Source: Octopus bimaculoides (Eukaryota). Taken from it: 43,136 nt of DNA. The stretch covers positions 122,419,787 to 122,462,922 of the forward strand of contig NC_068985.1 of NCBI RefSeq assembly GCF_001194135.2. Direction: 5' to 3'. Below, one piece after another: positions 25,270 to 35,846 of this stretch (position 1 is the stretch's first letter; each line of letters opens with the position of its first letter). Made by a program: the position numbers and the translations under genes. Below the pieces are notes generated by a model. That model was not told where the DNA came from. It ran no database searches and saw only the letters and a program-made list of their open reading frames with translations.

Positions 25270-25569
25270 AATACAAGGGAGGGAGAGAGAGGCAGACAGA
25301 GAAATTGTCAAACAAAATTAGAGTTCAAACAGCTTTTTGAAAGTAGTGCTATAGATAGCAATGGTGAGGAATACATTCCACCTCCCAGTAAAAGTGAAAG
25401 CTTTTTGCAAGATTGAATTGAATTACTCACAAGCTTTGACTTTTGCTGAAGTTTTGAATTCCCTATCTCCTCATTCAGTGCATTACCTTGTACTAAGTGA
25501 GTCATATTGCACCCCCCACCAATCTAAATATCTGAAAAATACAGATATCAGTTCAGGAATAGAGGAAAG
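25270..25569 (+). other. Exon-like cassette inside the last nanos intron (status uncertain)
   Basis: Acceptor CTCTCTTGCTGCAG|A and donor AG|GTAAAA, exactly 300 nt. It contains two in-frame TAGs, or an internal 115-nt GT-AG intron. Confidence 0.35.
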
Positions 25570-25904
25570 GTAAAAATTCTACATCCAAAATAATTTATAT
25601 ATCTGGCAGTGTACTAAAATTATTTCAGAGTAAACTTAATTTAAAAACGAATTTTTATTACCAACCGTGTTCATTGTAATGCATCAAGCTAGTGAGGGAG
25701 CCTCTTAGCAGTTGCTTCAACCTGCTAGAAATAATAGCCAAATTTTCCTCATCACACCATGTTGTCTTGAAAAAAAATATGGAAGGGTCAGAATTTATGA
25801 ATACTTTTGATTATAAGTCTTCCCAAATGCCTTTTAATTAACATGAGAGATGACTGGGCTAAACAACATTATAATGGGAATTTTATCTTTCATCTTGTTT
25901 CAGT

Positions 25905-26080
25905 CATTGGACTGCAGCCATGCTAGAGCACTGTCTTGATCGGTTTTAGTCAGACAGATTGCTCCCTCCAACACTTAGTTCTTATTTTAAAGTCTGATAC
26001 TTATTCTATTAGTCTCTTTTGCCAAACTGCTAAGTTACAGGGATGTAAATAAACCAACACCAGTTATTAAGTGGTGGGGT
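25905..26080 (-). mobile_element. SINE-like repeat (family of 10690-10870)
   Basis: CTTGTTTCAGTCATTGGACTGCAGCCATGCT…CTTTTGCCAAACTGCTAAGTTAC. Confidence 0.7.
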
Positions 26081-26214
26081 GGGGTGGAAGCAAACACACA
26101 TACACACACAAAGTTTCCATTGACCAAATTCACTCACAAGGCATTGGTTGTTTATTTATTTCCTTCAAATATTGAAGTCTTAACTGAGTTTATTTTCCTT
26201 TTTACCTTTTTTAG

Positions 26215-26464
26215 AGATTGTGCCTTCTGTCGCAAGAATGGTGAACAGAAACAATTTTATACCACACACAGCCTTAAGGATCAGAAAGGAAATGTGACAT
26301 GCCCTGTCCTGCAGAAATACGTCTGTCCCAGTTGTGGTGCCACCGGTCTTACAGCACACACAAAATTGTACTGTCCCTATGAAAAGCATTACATATCACC
26401 AGTGGTCAGCCACTTAACTCCACGGATGAGCTCAGGGAAAAGACGCACAAAATTCCAGTTATAA
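26215..26464 (+). CDS. nanos: nanos terminal coding exon: Nanos CCHC-CCHC zinc finger
   Basis: C-x2-C-x12-H-x10-C-x7-C-x2-C-x7-H-x4-C spacing is exact (CAFCRKNGE…HSLKD…CPVL…CPSCGATG…HTKLYCP). Strong acceptor TTTTTTAG|A; stop TAA at 26462-26464. Confidence 0.96.
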
Positions 26465-27010
26465 CCTGCATATCCTTTTTTCTTCGCAATGATGGAAACA
26501 TTTCTGCTTTTATGATCGTCAGACTTGACCGTAGCACTCAATGTCATAGTCACCATTGAGTCAATAAGGAAATTTCAATGGAATTAGTTGCTCAACTTAT
26601 TGGAAACAGTAATTCAGTCTTCCTTATAACACATCCTTGCCATCTTAGAAAAAGAGAAAGAACACATGGGATATTGTAGTCTAAGATACAATATGTGAAA
26701 TTAAGATGAGCACCAGAGCTGTTTTAGCAGCATTATAGTTTCCTCGGCAAATCATAGCACTGAGATCTACAGTATTTAACTGCAAGCCACAGAATATATG
26801 AATCAGAATTGGGTCTCTAGAATCTTGAGGATCCCAGCCTGCTCATACCTGATGAGCATGACAGAAAACCACAGACCTAATTTATTGTACTTACATTATT
26901 GAATACTTTTGTTTTTTAAAGCGTCATTAGACATTTGCTGGTCCTTTATTTTTTAATTGATAATTAAGCATTAAAAGATAAAACTGTTTTATGTTAACGA
27001 TTAAATATAA

Positions 27011-27016
27011 AATAAA
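27011..27016 (+). terminator. Candidate polyadenylation signal of nanos (AATAAA)
   Basis: AATAAA about 550 nt after the stop codon, just upstream of the next MITE. Not unique in AT-rich DNA. Confidence 0.4.
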
Positions 27017-27075
27017 CAATCGAGATTAGGAAGCATTACAACACACACTGAAAGTATTTTTTACTTGAAAATCTG

Positions 27076-27642
27076 GGAAAGACTTCCGTCCCCTCGCATT
27101 TCTCCGAAATTTATTTATTAAAAAAATTTTTTTTTTGTCAAAACCCCCGTTTTCAGATACGGAGGTTCGGGAAAATTGCCCGAAATCGGCATTGTTAATT
27201 CCCCACCTCCCAATTCTTCAATTTTTACTTTTTCCCCCAACACTAACCCTAACCCTAAAACCACAGCCCTAAAACCCTAACCCTAACCGAACCTACAGAA
27301 ATGTTATGAAATTTTTGTCCGAATCATAATGTCCGTATTTTTCCGCATATTTAGAAAAAAATAAAAATAAATTCTTAAAAAAAAAAATTTTACAAAAATG
27401 TTTGGAAATTTTTTTCAGGATCATAATCTCCATATTTTTCCGCATATTTTGAAAAAAACATTCTGAAAAAAAAAAAAAAAAGAAGGAAATGGGGGTGGGA
27501 GTGGTAATTTAAAAATGCCGATTTTTTTTTTGCAGATTCGTATTCCCCGTAACCGAAAAGTGGGGTTTGTGTCGGAAAAAAAAAAAAAATTAAATTTAAA
27601 AAAAGGGGGTATTTTTTGGGAGGGACGGGCGGAAGTCTTGCC
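27076..27642. mobile_element. MITE/foldback with GG…CC ends, 8-bp TSD and (TAACCC)n
   Basis: Ends GGAAAGACTTCC / GGAAGTCTTGCC, about 170-bp imperfect arms, TSD AAAATCTG / AAAATCGG (7/8). Confidence 0.75.
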
Positions 27643-29021
27643 AAAATCGGCAAAAACCTGGTCAGGGTTAGCGACAAATTACTGTTTCAATAAGGTGTCA
27701 TCCAACCCATACAAGCATGGTAAAAGCAGACGTAAAAACGGTGATGCATCCAACACTATGACATCCAGTTTTTTAATCTTAGCATTATTTTTTAAAATTT
27801 ATCTTCAACACTAATTATTAATAATTAATAGATAAAGGATCAGCAAAGTTCCAATTATTCTTTCGCAAAAATATTCAATAATAATGGAAGTAAAATAAAT
27901 GATGGGACTCATAGTGTACTGCAGTACAAAAAAAAAAAAAAGGGTCTTTTATAGGACCTTACTTGTTCCAACCCACACGGTTCCTGCCTCTAGAAATATA
28001 AAAGATACTTAGACGATAAATACTACAGCATCTTTATAAAATATTATCGTATCTCAACCAACCTGGAAATAAATGTGATCCTTATGTTACGATATAGCTG
28101 TGACATAAGGTTGGGTCGCCAGTTTGCTCACTCAGTACGACCCATTAAAACATGACATAACATAATTCTAGATTTGTCATATCTTCTGAGTCTACGAATG
28201 GGACTAATCGCGAGAAGCTTTTTAAAATAATCTATTATCGATTCATTGTTTATTTCTAAGTTGTTGTGTGAGAAAGAGAGAGAAAAAAAAGGAAGAAAAG
28301 AAAAGAAAAAAAAAAAAACTTCTTTGGAAGAAGCGGTGAATTTCTGGCCAGCTAAATACTGCAACGCAATTTCAGAACTGATTTTATTTTAGTCATGTCG
28401 CTTTTATACGTTCTAAATATTACCATGGTTTCAAGTTCAAATTCAACAGATGGCTGTGTGGTTAAGAAGTTAGCTTCGCAATTAAATTGATTTAGACTTG
28501 ATCCTACAGCGCGGCGCTTTGGATAATTATTTTCTACTAGTCACGAGCCAACCTAATTCTTGTCAATGAAATTGTGTAAACGAAAACCTTTGAAAGTCCG
28601 TCTTAGTTTTCTTGTACTTGGATAGTAAACTTAAACTGCAGTTTTGATTTAACACGAACTCAGTTTTAGCGTGACATTAACAGAATCCACTCTGTTAGAA
28701 TCATTTGGATCAGAGTTTGAAATAACTTTCTCAGTTCTTTCATTAGGCATAAATGTCGTTGTTACATGTATGAAATAGCAAAGTCAAATCTATCCACTAA
28801 CGCACCCTCCTATATATAATAAAATCTCTATTCGTCATTCACATAAACCCAAACTCCCATCAGTGTTGTGTTTATTAATACTGAACAAACCACGTTTGTG
28901 GCTACATGTTGACGGCTGTTCAAGATCTGAACTAACCTCACAAATCTATTTTAAATAAACTTTCTCATTTAATTCACTCAAACTAACCATTTTTCTTTGT
29001 TTATTAGAGAGAGCTTGAGAA

Positions 29022-29054
<33 letters not shown>

Positions 29055-30173
29055 GAGAGAAAGAGAGAGAGTATTTTTGTTTTCAATTATGGATGAAAAT
29101 TTCAAAACACAAATTGCGTGAAGAAAGCCTAGGTCTGAGCAGCCGATTTACGGGTATGAATGTTAGCAACACCACACATTATGTGTGTATGTATTGGTTT
29201 GTTTGTTACAGTGTAGCCATTATTTCAAAGATCTAAAGACCGCTTGGCCGTGTCGAATTTATAGCTACACTGGATCAAATAAAGGTGCCGAAAATTGTAG
29301 TGATGTGTCTGTCGACAGCAAAATGTTATAAACATACGCACATACTAACACACATGTTTGGAAAGTGGGCGGAGTTTAGTGTCAAGTCGCTGTTCAACGT
29401 TAAATCGAGAGGGTTTGTTATAATTTCTTTGAATGACCCCGTCATTGTTGTTGTTGAGTTCGGCGTTGAAGACGTAACGGAGGTATAAACACCACCAATT
29501 TGCGAGGCTGTAGGTGGTGTGGCGTGGCGTGGAAGTATAGCTGACTCAATTGCTTTCACCTCTTTACTCGAATTTTATCGAACCAATTAAAGGGAGCCTC
29601 TATGCGCCCTCAATCTGCTAGAAATAGCAGTCAAATCTCGTCAACTGCACCCTACCCTCTTAAAACAGAAAGGATAGTTAAGACAATGTCCTAGATTCGA
29701 AAAAAGACGAGGATGGTCAAAGTTAGAACATCTATTTTAATCAGAATTTTTGTGACTTGGCAACAACTACTAGTACGGGATCTTAATTTTCTTCCGACCA
29801 CTTAAAAAGTATTTCTAATTTAATTTTTCCAAACACTCACGAGATTATTTTATACATTCCAACAGTTTTTTCAAATAGATCACAATTTTCATAATCAACA
29901 GCTTTAGGTCCACTAATACCTAATTCCTCCATACGAAACCTAGCAGTTAGTCAGCTTTTCTACCTAGTAATGTAAAAGCAAAATCAAACTGCTAAGAGAA
30001 AGAGTACTCTCGTCCAACCATGTGCCTTTTCTCACGGATACAACTATAAACGGGAGTCACCACAACAACAAATAGTTGCCGCTTCCGTTATGTGGGCAAT
30101 GGAAGTGTTCAGTTGGCTAAAATTGCATAACTTTAAATGCCTGCAACTTTAAATAATTTCTATTAAGAACCCA

Positions 30174-30813
30174 GGATCTTTCTGATTTGGCGGACACCAT
30201 TTGTTTTCTAACGAAACATTTTCAAACTTGGAACACTGGTACAATGTGTCATATAAAACATCTTTTACTCTTAGTGTTGTTGAGAAAAGTTTATATTTTA
30301 AAAGTTATTTCGTGTTAAAGTTGTCGTATTTCGGTAATTTCAACCAATCACTGACGTCTATTGAGGTGAAAACAATTACTGCTGTGGATTGTCAACAAGA
30401 CGTTGTGGCGGTGTAATGGGATCTTTTCCCTTGAATAAAAGTAGTGCCGTTTGTCAACTACAACTATCGGTGGTACAAACGCACGAACGATGTCATAAAT
30501 AACAGTACCGCCGATAGTTGTTGTTGACAAACAACGGCACTAATTTTATTCAAGGGAAAAGATCCCATTACACTGCCACAACATGCTGTTGACAAACCAC
30601 AGCAGTAATTGTTTTCACCTCAATAGACGTCCGTGATTGGTTGAAATTACCGAAATACGACAATTTTAAACATGAAATAACTTCGAATATGAAAATTTTT
30701 TCTCTGTTCTATAAGAAAATATACAAGTATACGAAGTTTGAAAGTGTTTCGGTAGAAAACACACTAAATAAAAACTAAATAAAAAAGTTGTGTCCGCCAA
30801 ATCAGAAAGATCC
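30174..30813. mobile_element. MITE of the GGATC family with a long internal palindrome
   Basis: TIR GGATCTTTCTGATTTGGCGGACAC; subterminal arms homologous to 23067-23721; degenerate TSD AGAACCCA / AGACCCCC. Confidence 0.8.
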
Positions 30814-31339
30814 AGACCCCCCTCCTCCCAAGAAAAAACAAAAAAGCCCCCCACCCAAAAGAATTATAAAGAAAAAAAAACAAGAATTATACTATGTCTT
30901 CTCATTAATAAAGGGGGAATAGAGGGTTAAAATTGAACTCATATTTTTGAGGAAGTTTGGTATTTGTCAGTTTAAGAATCGTTGCATTAGTTAGAACCCT
31001 CTACAATCGTGAGATATTTTGACTGAAGGGCACCACTACAAGTATACCAGCCCCAGCTTAACTATAAATGACTGGAAGCAAACTCTTTAGGTAAATAATT
31101 GTTACTTGCGTGCTCAGTTTTATTATACGAGTTCCTCTTGCTATGTGCAATGTGGTTTTGGTTAGAGCAACCATAGGCAACTTTCTGAATCGAGACGTGA
31201 AAAAAACTTGTTGAGTTTTTGTCAAAAATTTTAATGTTTATATAGATATGACGTTACGCGTACTATTCAAAAAACCACAGATTTCCTAGCTTTGAGCTTT
31301 ACAAAATTCTAGTGCGAGTGGTGTCAAGATATTAATTTC

Positions 31340-31787
31340 GGTAATTTTTCGGATTAACACCCGCACGATCTTCGCTAGGGTGTTAGGGTTAGGGGGTACT
31401 ACTAAAGCAGCGCGGACCCGAACGCGCAGTCGCGCGTCCGCGCTAGCTAGTCTTGAGTGGTCGATCCTAACCCTAACCCTATCCCTAACCCTAACCCTGT
31501 CCCTAACCCTAACCCTAACCCTATCCCTAACGCGCGTGTGCAAATGAATACGTGTTTAGGGTTAGGGTTAGGGTTAGGATCGACCACTCACGACTAGCTA
31601 GCGCGGACGCGCGACTGCGCGTTCGGGTCCGCGCTGCTTTAGTAGTACCGGGTTAGGGTTTTAGGGTTTGGGTTAGGGAATTCCGTCCCTAACCGTAACC
31701 CTAACCCTAAAACCTTAACCCTGACCCTAAAACCCTAACCCTAACACCCTAGTGAAGATCGTGCGGGTGTTAATCTGAAAAATTCCC
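31340..31787. mobile_element. Foldback MITE with telomeric repeats (outer element)
   Basis: About 55-bp TIRs (GGTAATTTTTCGGATTAACACCCGCACGATCTTC…); perfect 8-bp TSD TTAATTTC at 31332-31339 and 31788-31795. Confidence 0.88.
31395..31649. mobile_element. Young GC-rich foldback element nested in the telomeric tract of the outer MITE
   Basis: 87-bp inverted arms with one mismatch (GGTACTACTAAAGCAGCGCGG…), flanked by GGG on both sides. Confidence 0.85.
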
Positions 31788-32149
31788 TTAATTTCTTGGT
31801 TCAAGGTAGGAAAAAAAATATAAGAGTAGCCTCCCCTGAATATTGTCTTCCGTTTACATTATCATTCATTGATTTTCTTTTACAAGACGCGTGCTCACAA
31901 GATTAATGTGGTGACATCGGTGCTGAAATAGTAGTTTGAATGTGGAAAAAATATGCATACATGTTTTATGGCCCTTACAGCATTTGCAACATTCCGTATT
32001 AGTAAAGCATCAGACAAAATGCCTTCAACCTCAAGAACTTGTCAATGAGATTTTATGGCACTTCTCAATCAGACTCGCCCAACAAAACAAATCCAGAATC
32101 AAAACAAGAAAACCCAAACATGCATAAATATTGGTTTCAAATTTTGTCA

Positions 32150-32330
32150 CAAGGCCAGAAAGTTCGGAGGAGGGGGCAAGTTGATTACATCGACTCCAGT
32201 ACTTAACTGGTACTTATTTTATCGACCTCGAAAGAATGAAAGGCAAAGGTGAACTCAGAACGCAAAGTCGTACGAAATGCTGCTAAGCATTATGTCCGGA
32301 GTGTTAATGCTTCTGCCAGCTCGCCGTCTA
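32150..32330 (-). mobile_element. Degraded SINE (family of 3815-4440)
   Basis: GATTACATCGACTCCAGTACTTAACTGG…GAACTCAGAACG…TCTGCCAGCTCGCCG. Confidence 0.75.
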
Positions 32331-33749
32331 AGAATATATACACAAAAGGCAACGAAGCGGTTACATAGGTTGAAACAACTTCCAGTTGGATATTTCGTAT
32401 AACTAAACAAATCGGCCAAACTCACACGCTCTCCAAAATACATAAATGTAAAATTTAAATAGAATTATTTTTGTATTTTACTTATGTTTAGATCAAGGTT
32501 ATTCCTTCACCTTCTTTAATCTCTATTGAAAGAGTAAACTATTTGTTAATTTAGCTTTCATTTGTTCTTTTTTTTCTTATTCTAAAGAAGTATCTTTTTC
32601 CAATTCCTTGATTAATTCTTCTCCGAGTTCCAAGTAAATCGCTTTACAAATAATTTATCTTTCAGCATTTGCTTTTACAGAATGCTTGTTCTGACAGAGT
32701 TCTTAAACAAGAATATTCTTACAACTCATTCCAACGAATGTGTCAAGATAGTTATAACATTTAATTACAAATATTTCGAATTATTAAGCTCGTCTTCTAT
32801 GGTTTTGAACATGCACCAGTCTTCAGAAATATTTTCTATAGAAATCATACACTGTCTGCTGATAAACAGTAGCTCTTCTGTTGATCATCAAAATAATTTA
32901 GTCTGTTTTCCTGCACAGCGGGTGAGAAACGAACGGCTAGCAGAATTTATTGATATGAGAAATATACTGTATCATGAGCTACCATTAAGTTTAATATCTC
33001 TAATTTAGTAATAATTCAACCTTTGCTGATAGAAAATGTCTTTCTTATGTAAATACATTGCACCATTAGGAATTCCAAACCATCAGCTGTAAATTCTGAG
33101 TGATTTCATCATCAAGATTCGTTGGTTATGTTGTCTTCCCTCCTAATTAAACATCAGTTGTTTTGCAGCGTGCTAACGATTCTGCCAGTCACCGCCTTGC
33201 ACGATTTTCTTATATTGAAACATTTACTTATTCGTTTCGGTAATTCAATAAACTCAAGAGAAGACTTATTTCCATTCCCCATTGTTGTTGGTCCAAATTT
33301 TAATTTTTCAACTTTCAGTCACATTTCAGTTTTGTTATTATTTTCTGTATTCAAAATCCTGTTAAAATCGACTGTATTTTATCTTTTACGAGGTCGATAA
33401 AATAAACTATCAGTCAAGTACTACTCCACTTTGTGCCTGTCAGAAAAACCTTTGAGTTATTTCCCTTACACTTGTTTATCTTACACTCATTTTCTTTTAA
33501 GTAAAGAAACAAAGCAGAGTGAAAAAACACCCTTTTACATTCACTAATGTTACCAAAAATTACGTTACTAATATTATTGAGTTACCTTCCTTGCTTATTG
33601 CTTTTAAATTTATAACAAACTTAGGAGGAGTTTTTATCTATTAATTGTCTACATGGATTATTTGAAGCGTGACCACGGTCAAATGACTGAAACAAGTTAA
33701 AAATAAAAAGTTCATTTATCCAAAGTTTCTCAACTCCATATATTACATG

Positions 33750-34820
33750 CAGTAGCGTAGCTAGGGTAAATGGCGCCCAGGGCACAGCCAAAATTTGCGA
33801 CCCCCCACCACAATTTCCAAACCTAACCCATCCGACCCATTTTTAAGAGAAAACGAAACAGTTATTTAGTCAGAAAATATTCATAAAATTTATTTATTCA
33901 GAAAGTAGACATTGACTATTTTAAAGGAGGGCCCTTCTAGCTTTCTTCGACGCAAAGTTGTCAATGATGCAATCGAAATTGGTGTTCTCCACTTCTCGCT
34001 TGATACTCAGCAACGCGAGGTCACGGAGCCTTCCTTGTGTCATAGAAGCTCGCAGGGAGGATATGATCAGGTTCAGCTTGCTGAAGGATCTCTCGCAACC
34101 AGCAATGGAAACAGCTACTGTCAGCAGAATCTGTATCACGACGAGAAGGTTAGGGAACACACTTTCATCTTCATATTGGACGATAAATTGGAGAAGCTCC
34201 TCAGGATTTGATATTTGGAGGTGTTCGCGACCTGCAAGTAGCATTCTGCAATCGAGGATTTCTTCGAAAAGTTCGGTTGCATCGATATCGTTGCTGTAGT
34301 TGTTTCTAAAGGTATTGCAACGTGTCCGGAAATCCGCAAAACTGCATCCATCCGAGCACTCCATCTCGTTTCAGATTGTGATTTAAGAACCACAGGCATT
34401 ATGGCCTTCAGTTTGCCCCAGCGGTGTGTCGAACGAGAAAATAATACGTAGAGTGTTTCGATTGCGCCAAAAAATGCAGACATCAGCAGCTCTTGTTTAG
34501 CTGCGTGTAGGCCGACTAAGTTTATATATATATACCGGGAGGTAGAAATACTCGGGTTGGTGTCCAAAGGTGCAGTAAACCCACTAGAAATGACGGACCT
34601 CCTGGCTTTTGTCAAGGCATCCCTCTAACAGAAGGCTAACTCGTCTAAAAGCCCGCTGCTCTACTGAACTGAATATCACACACTTTGCTTGTCTCTGGGT
34701 TCTTTGGTAATGCTCAGGAGAGTTGCTGTGCTGTTGTGCAAACCGCACTCGTCTTAAAACCCTTGCACAGGCATTGCTGACACTATCAGCGGTGGGTATA
34801 CTTGTCTAACGAGTAGTCAG
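33750..34820 (-). mobile_element. hAT transposon fossil (transposase C-terminal dimerisation domain)
   Basis: 33921-34364 encodes FPNL…ILLTVAVSIAGCERSFSKL…MTQGRLRDLALLSI; 34136-34615 has SETRWSAR. One terminus, CAGTAGCGTAGCTAGG, is at 33750. Confidence 0.85.
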
Positions 34821-35846
34821 CCATCATATAAGTGAAGGCATGATTAGGGTGTTACACTCACGATCTCTAGATCGTGGTTTCAATTCTTAGACCGGGTGGT
34901 GCGTAGTGTTCTTGAGTAAAACACTTCATCTCATCGACACCGTGCACCTGTTCGGGTAAAGTCAATTTGATGGAAGGAGTGAGCCAATATAGAGCACATA
35001 CATTTGATCACTATAGACAAATCATTTGTACATCATATAAGATGGAGGGTCCATCGTATAAGAGAGTAGCAAAAAAGTTAGATTCAGAGAATCAAGCGGC
35101 ACTCACAGTAAGCTTCCCATTCGGAATCAGCTATCAGTTTATGTAGTAATCAATTACCGTGTAATGTAATGTGTCCGTGTAACTGAAAATCCTGATAATT
35201 AATTTTTCTGAGGGAGGTAAATAATGTATAAAGTTAGGAAGTGTGAGAGTTTAATATAGACTTACTTTTTTCATATGACCTCCATATGATTACAGCCGTT
35301 TCATAACCTTTATCATGTAGTATTATTAATTATAGTAAGCAAAGTTATACATGTGATTATATCAATATGAATGTCCAGCTTTATACAATGCAATTGTATA
35401 TTCACAAACTGATACGAATAAAGAAAGTTAACTCGTCAGATCACCGGCGACATCATGGGTACATCTATACTATCGCTCCTTTTCCTTAACTGGTACATTT
35501 TTATCAATTCCAACAGGATTAAAGCCAAACCTGACATCATAGCAGAGAGAGCCGGAACGAATACTGTTCTGCACTGCTCTGTAGCGAGGGACCGACTGTG
35601 ATTTGAATCATTGCTCTCAGATTTTCCCAGTCTATAATCACGAACTAATAATTTACCTCCATAAAAAGTGTCGAATAGCGCACATTAATTAACTTATAGT
35701 GTCGAATGACGCAAATTAATCATATGTAGTGATTTAAATTTCTTGAACTATTTTCATAGTAAGCAAGTTACTTACAAAAGATTCCTAACCGCTACGTTCA
35801 TTGAACGTTGTTTCATTAATTTATTAGATGTACATTTGTATATATA

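Noticed and set aside
26845-26890. CTGATGA…GAAA in the nanos 3' UTR as a hammerhead
   Set aside because: No closing pair for stem II, no stem III or NUH triplet, and the CTGATGA lies within a competing hairpin.
32682-33008. 108-aa ORF with coding-like fragments on the opposite strand
   Set aside because: No recognisable motif. Probably decayed repeat or chance.
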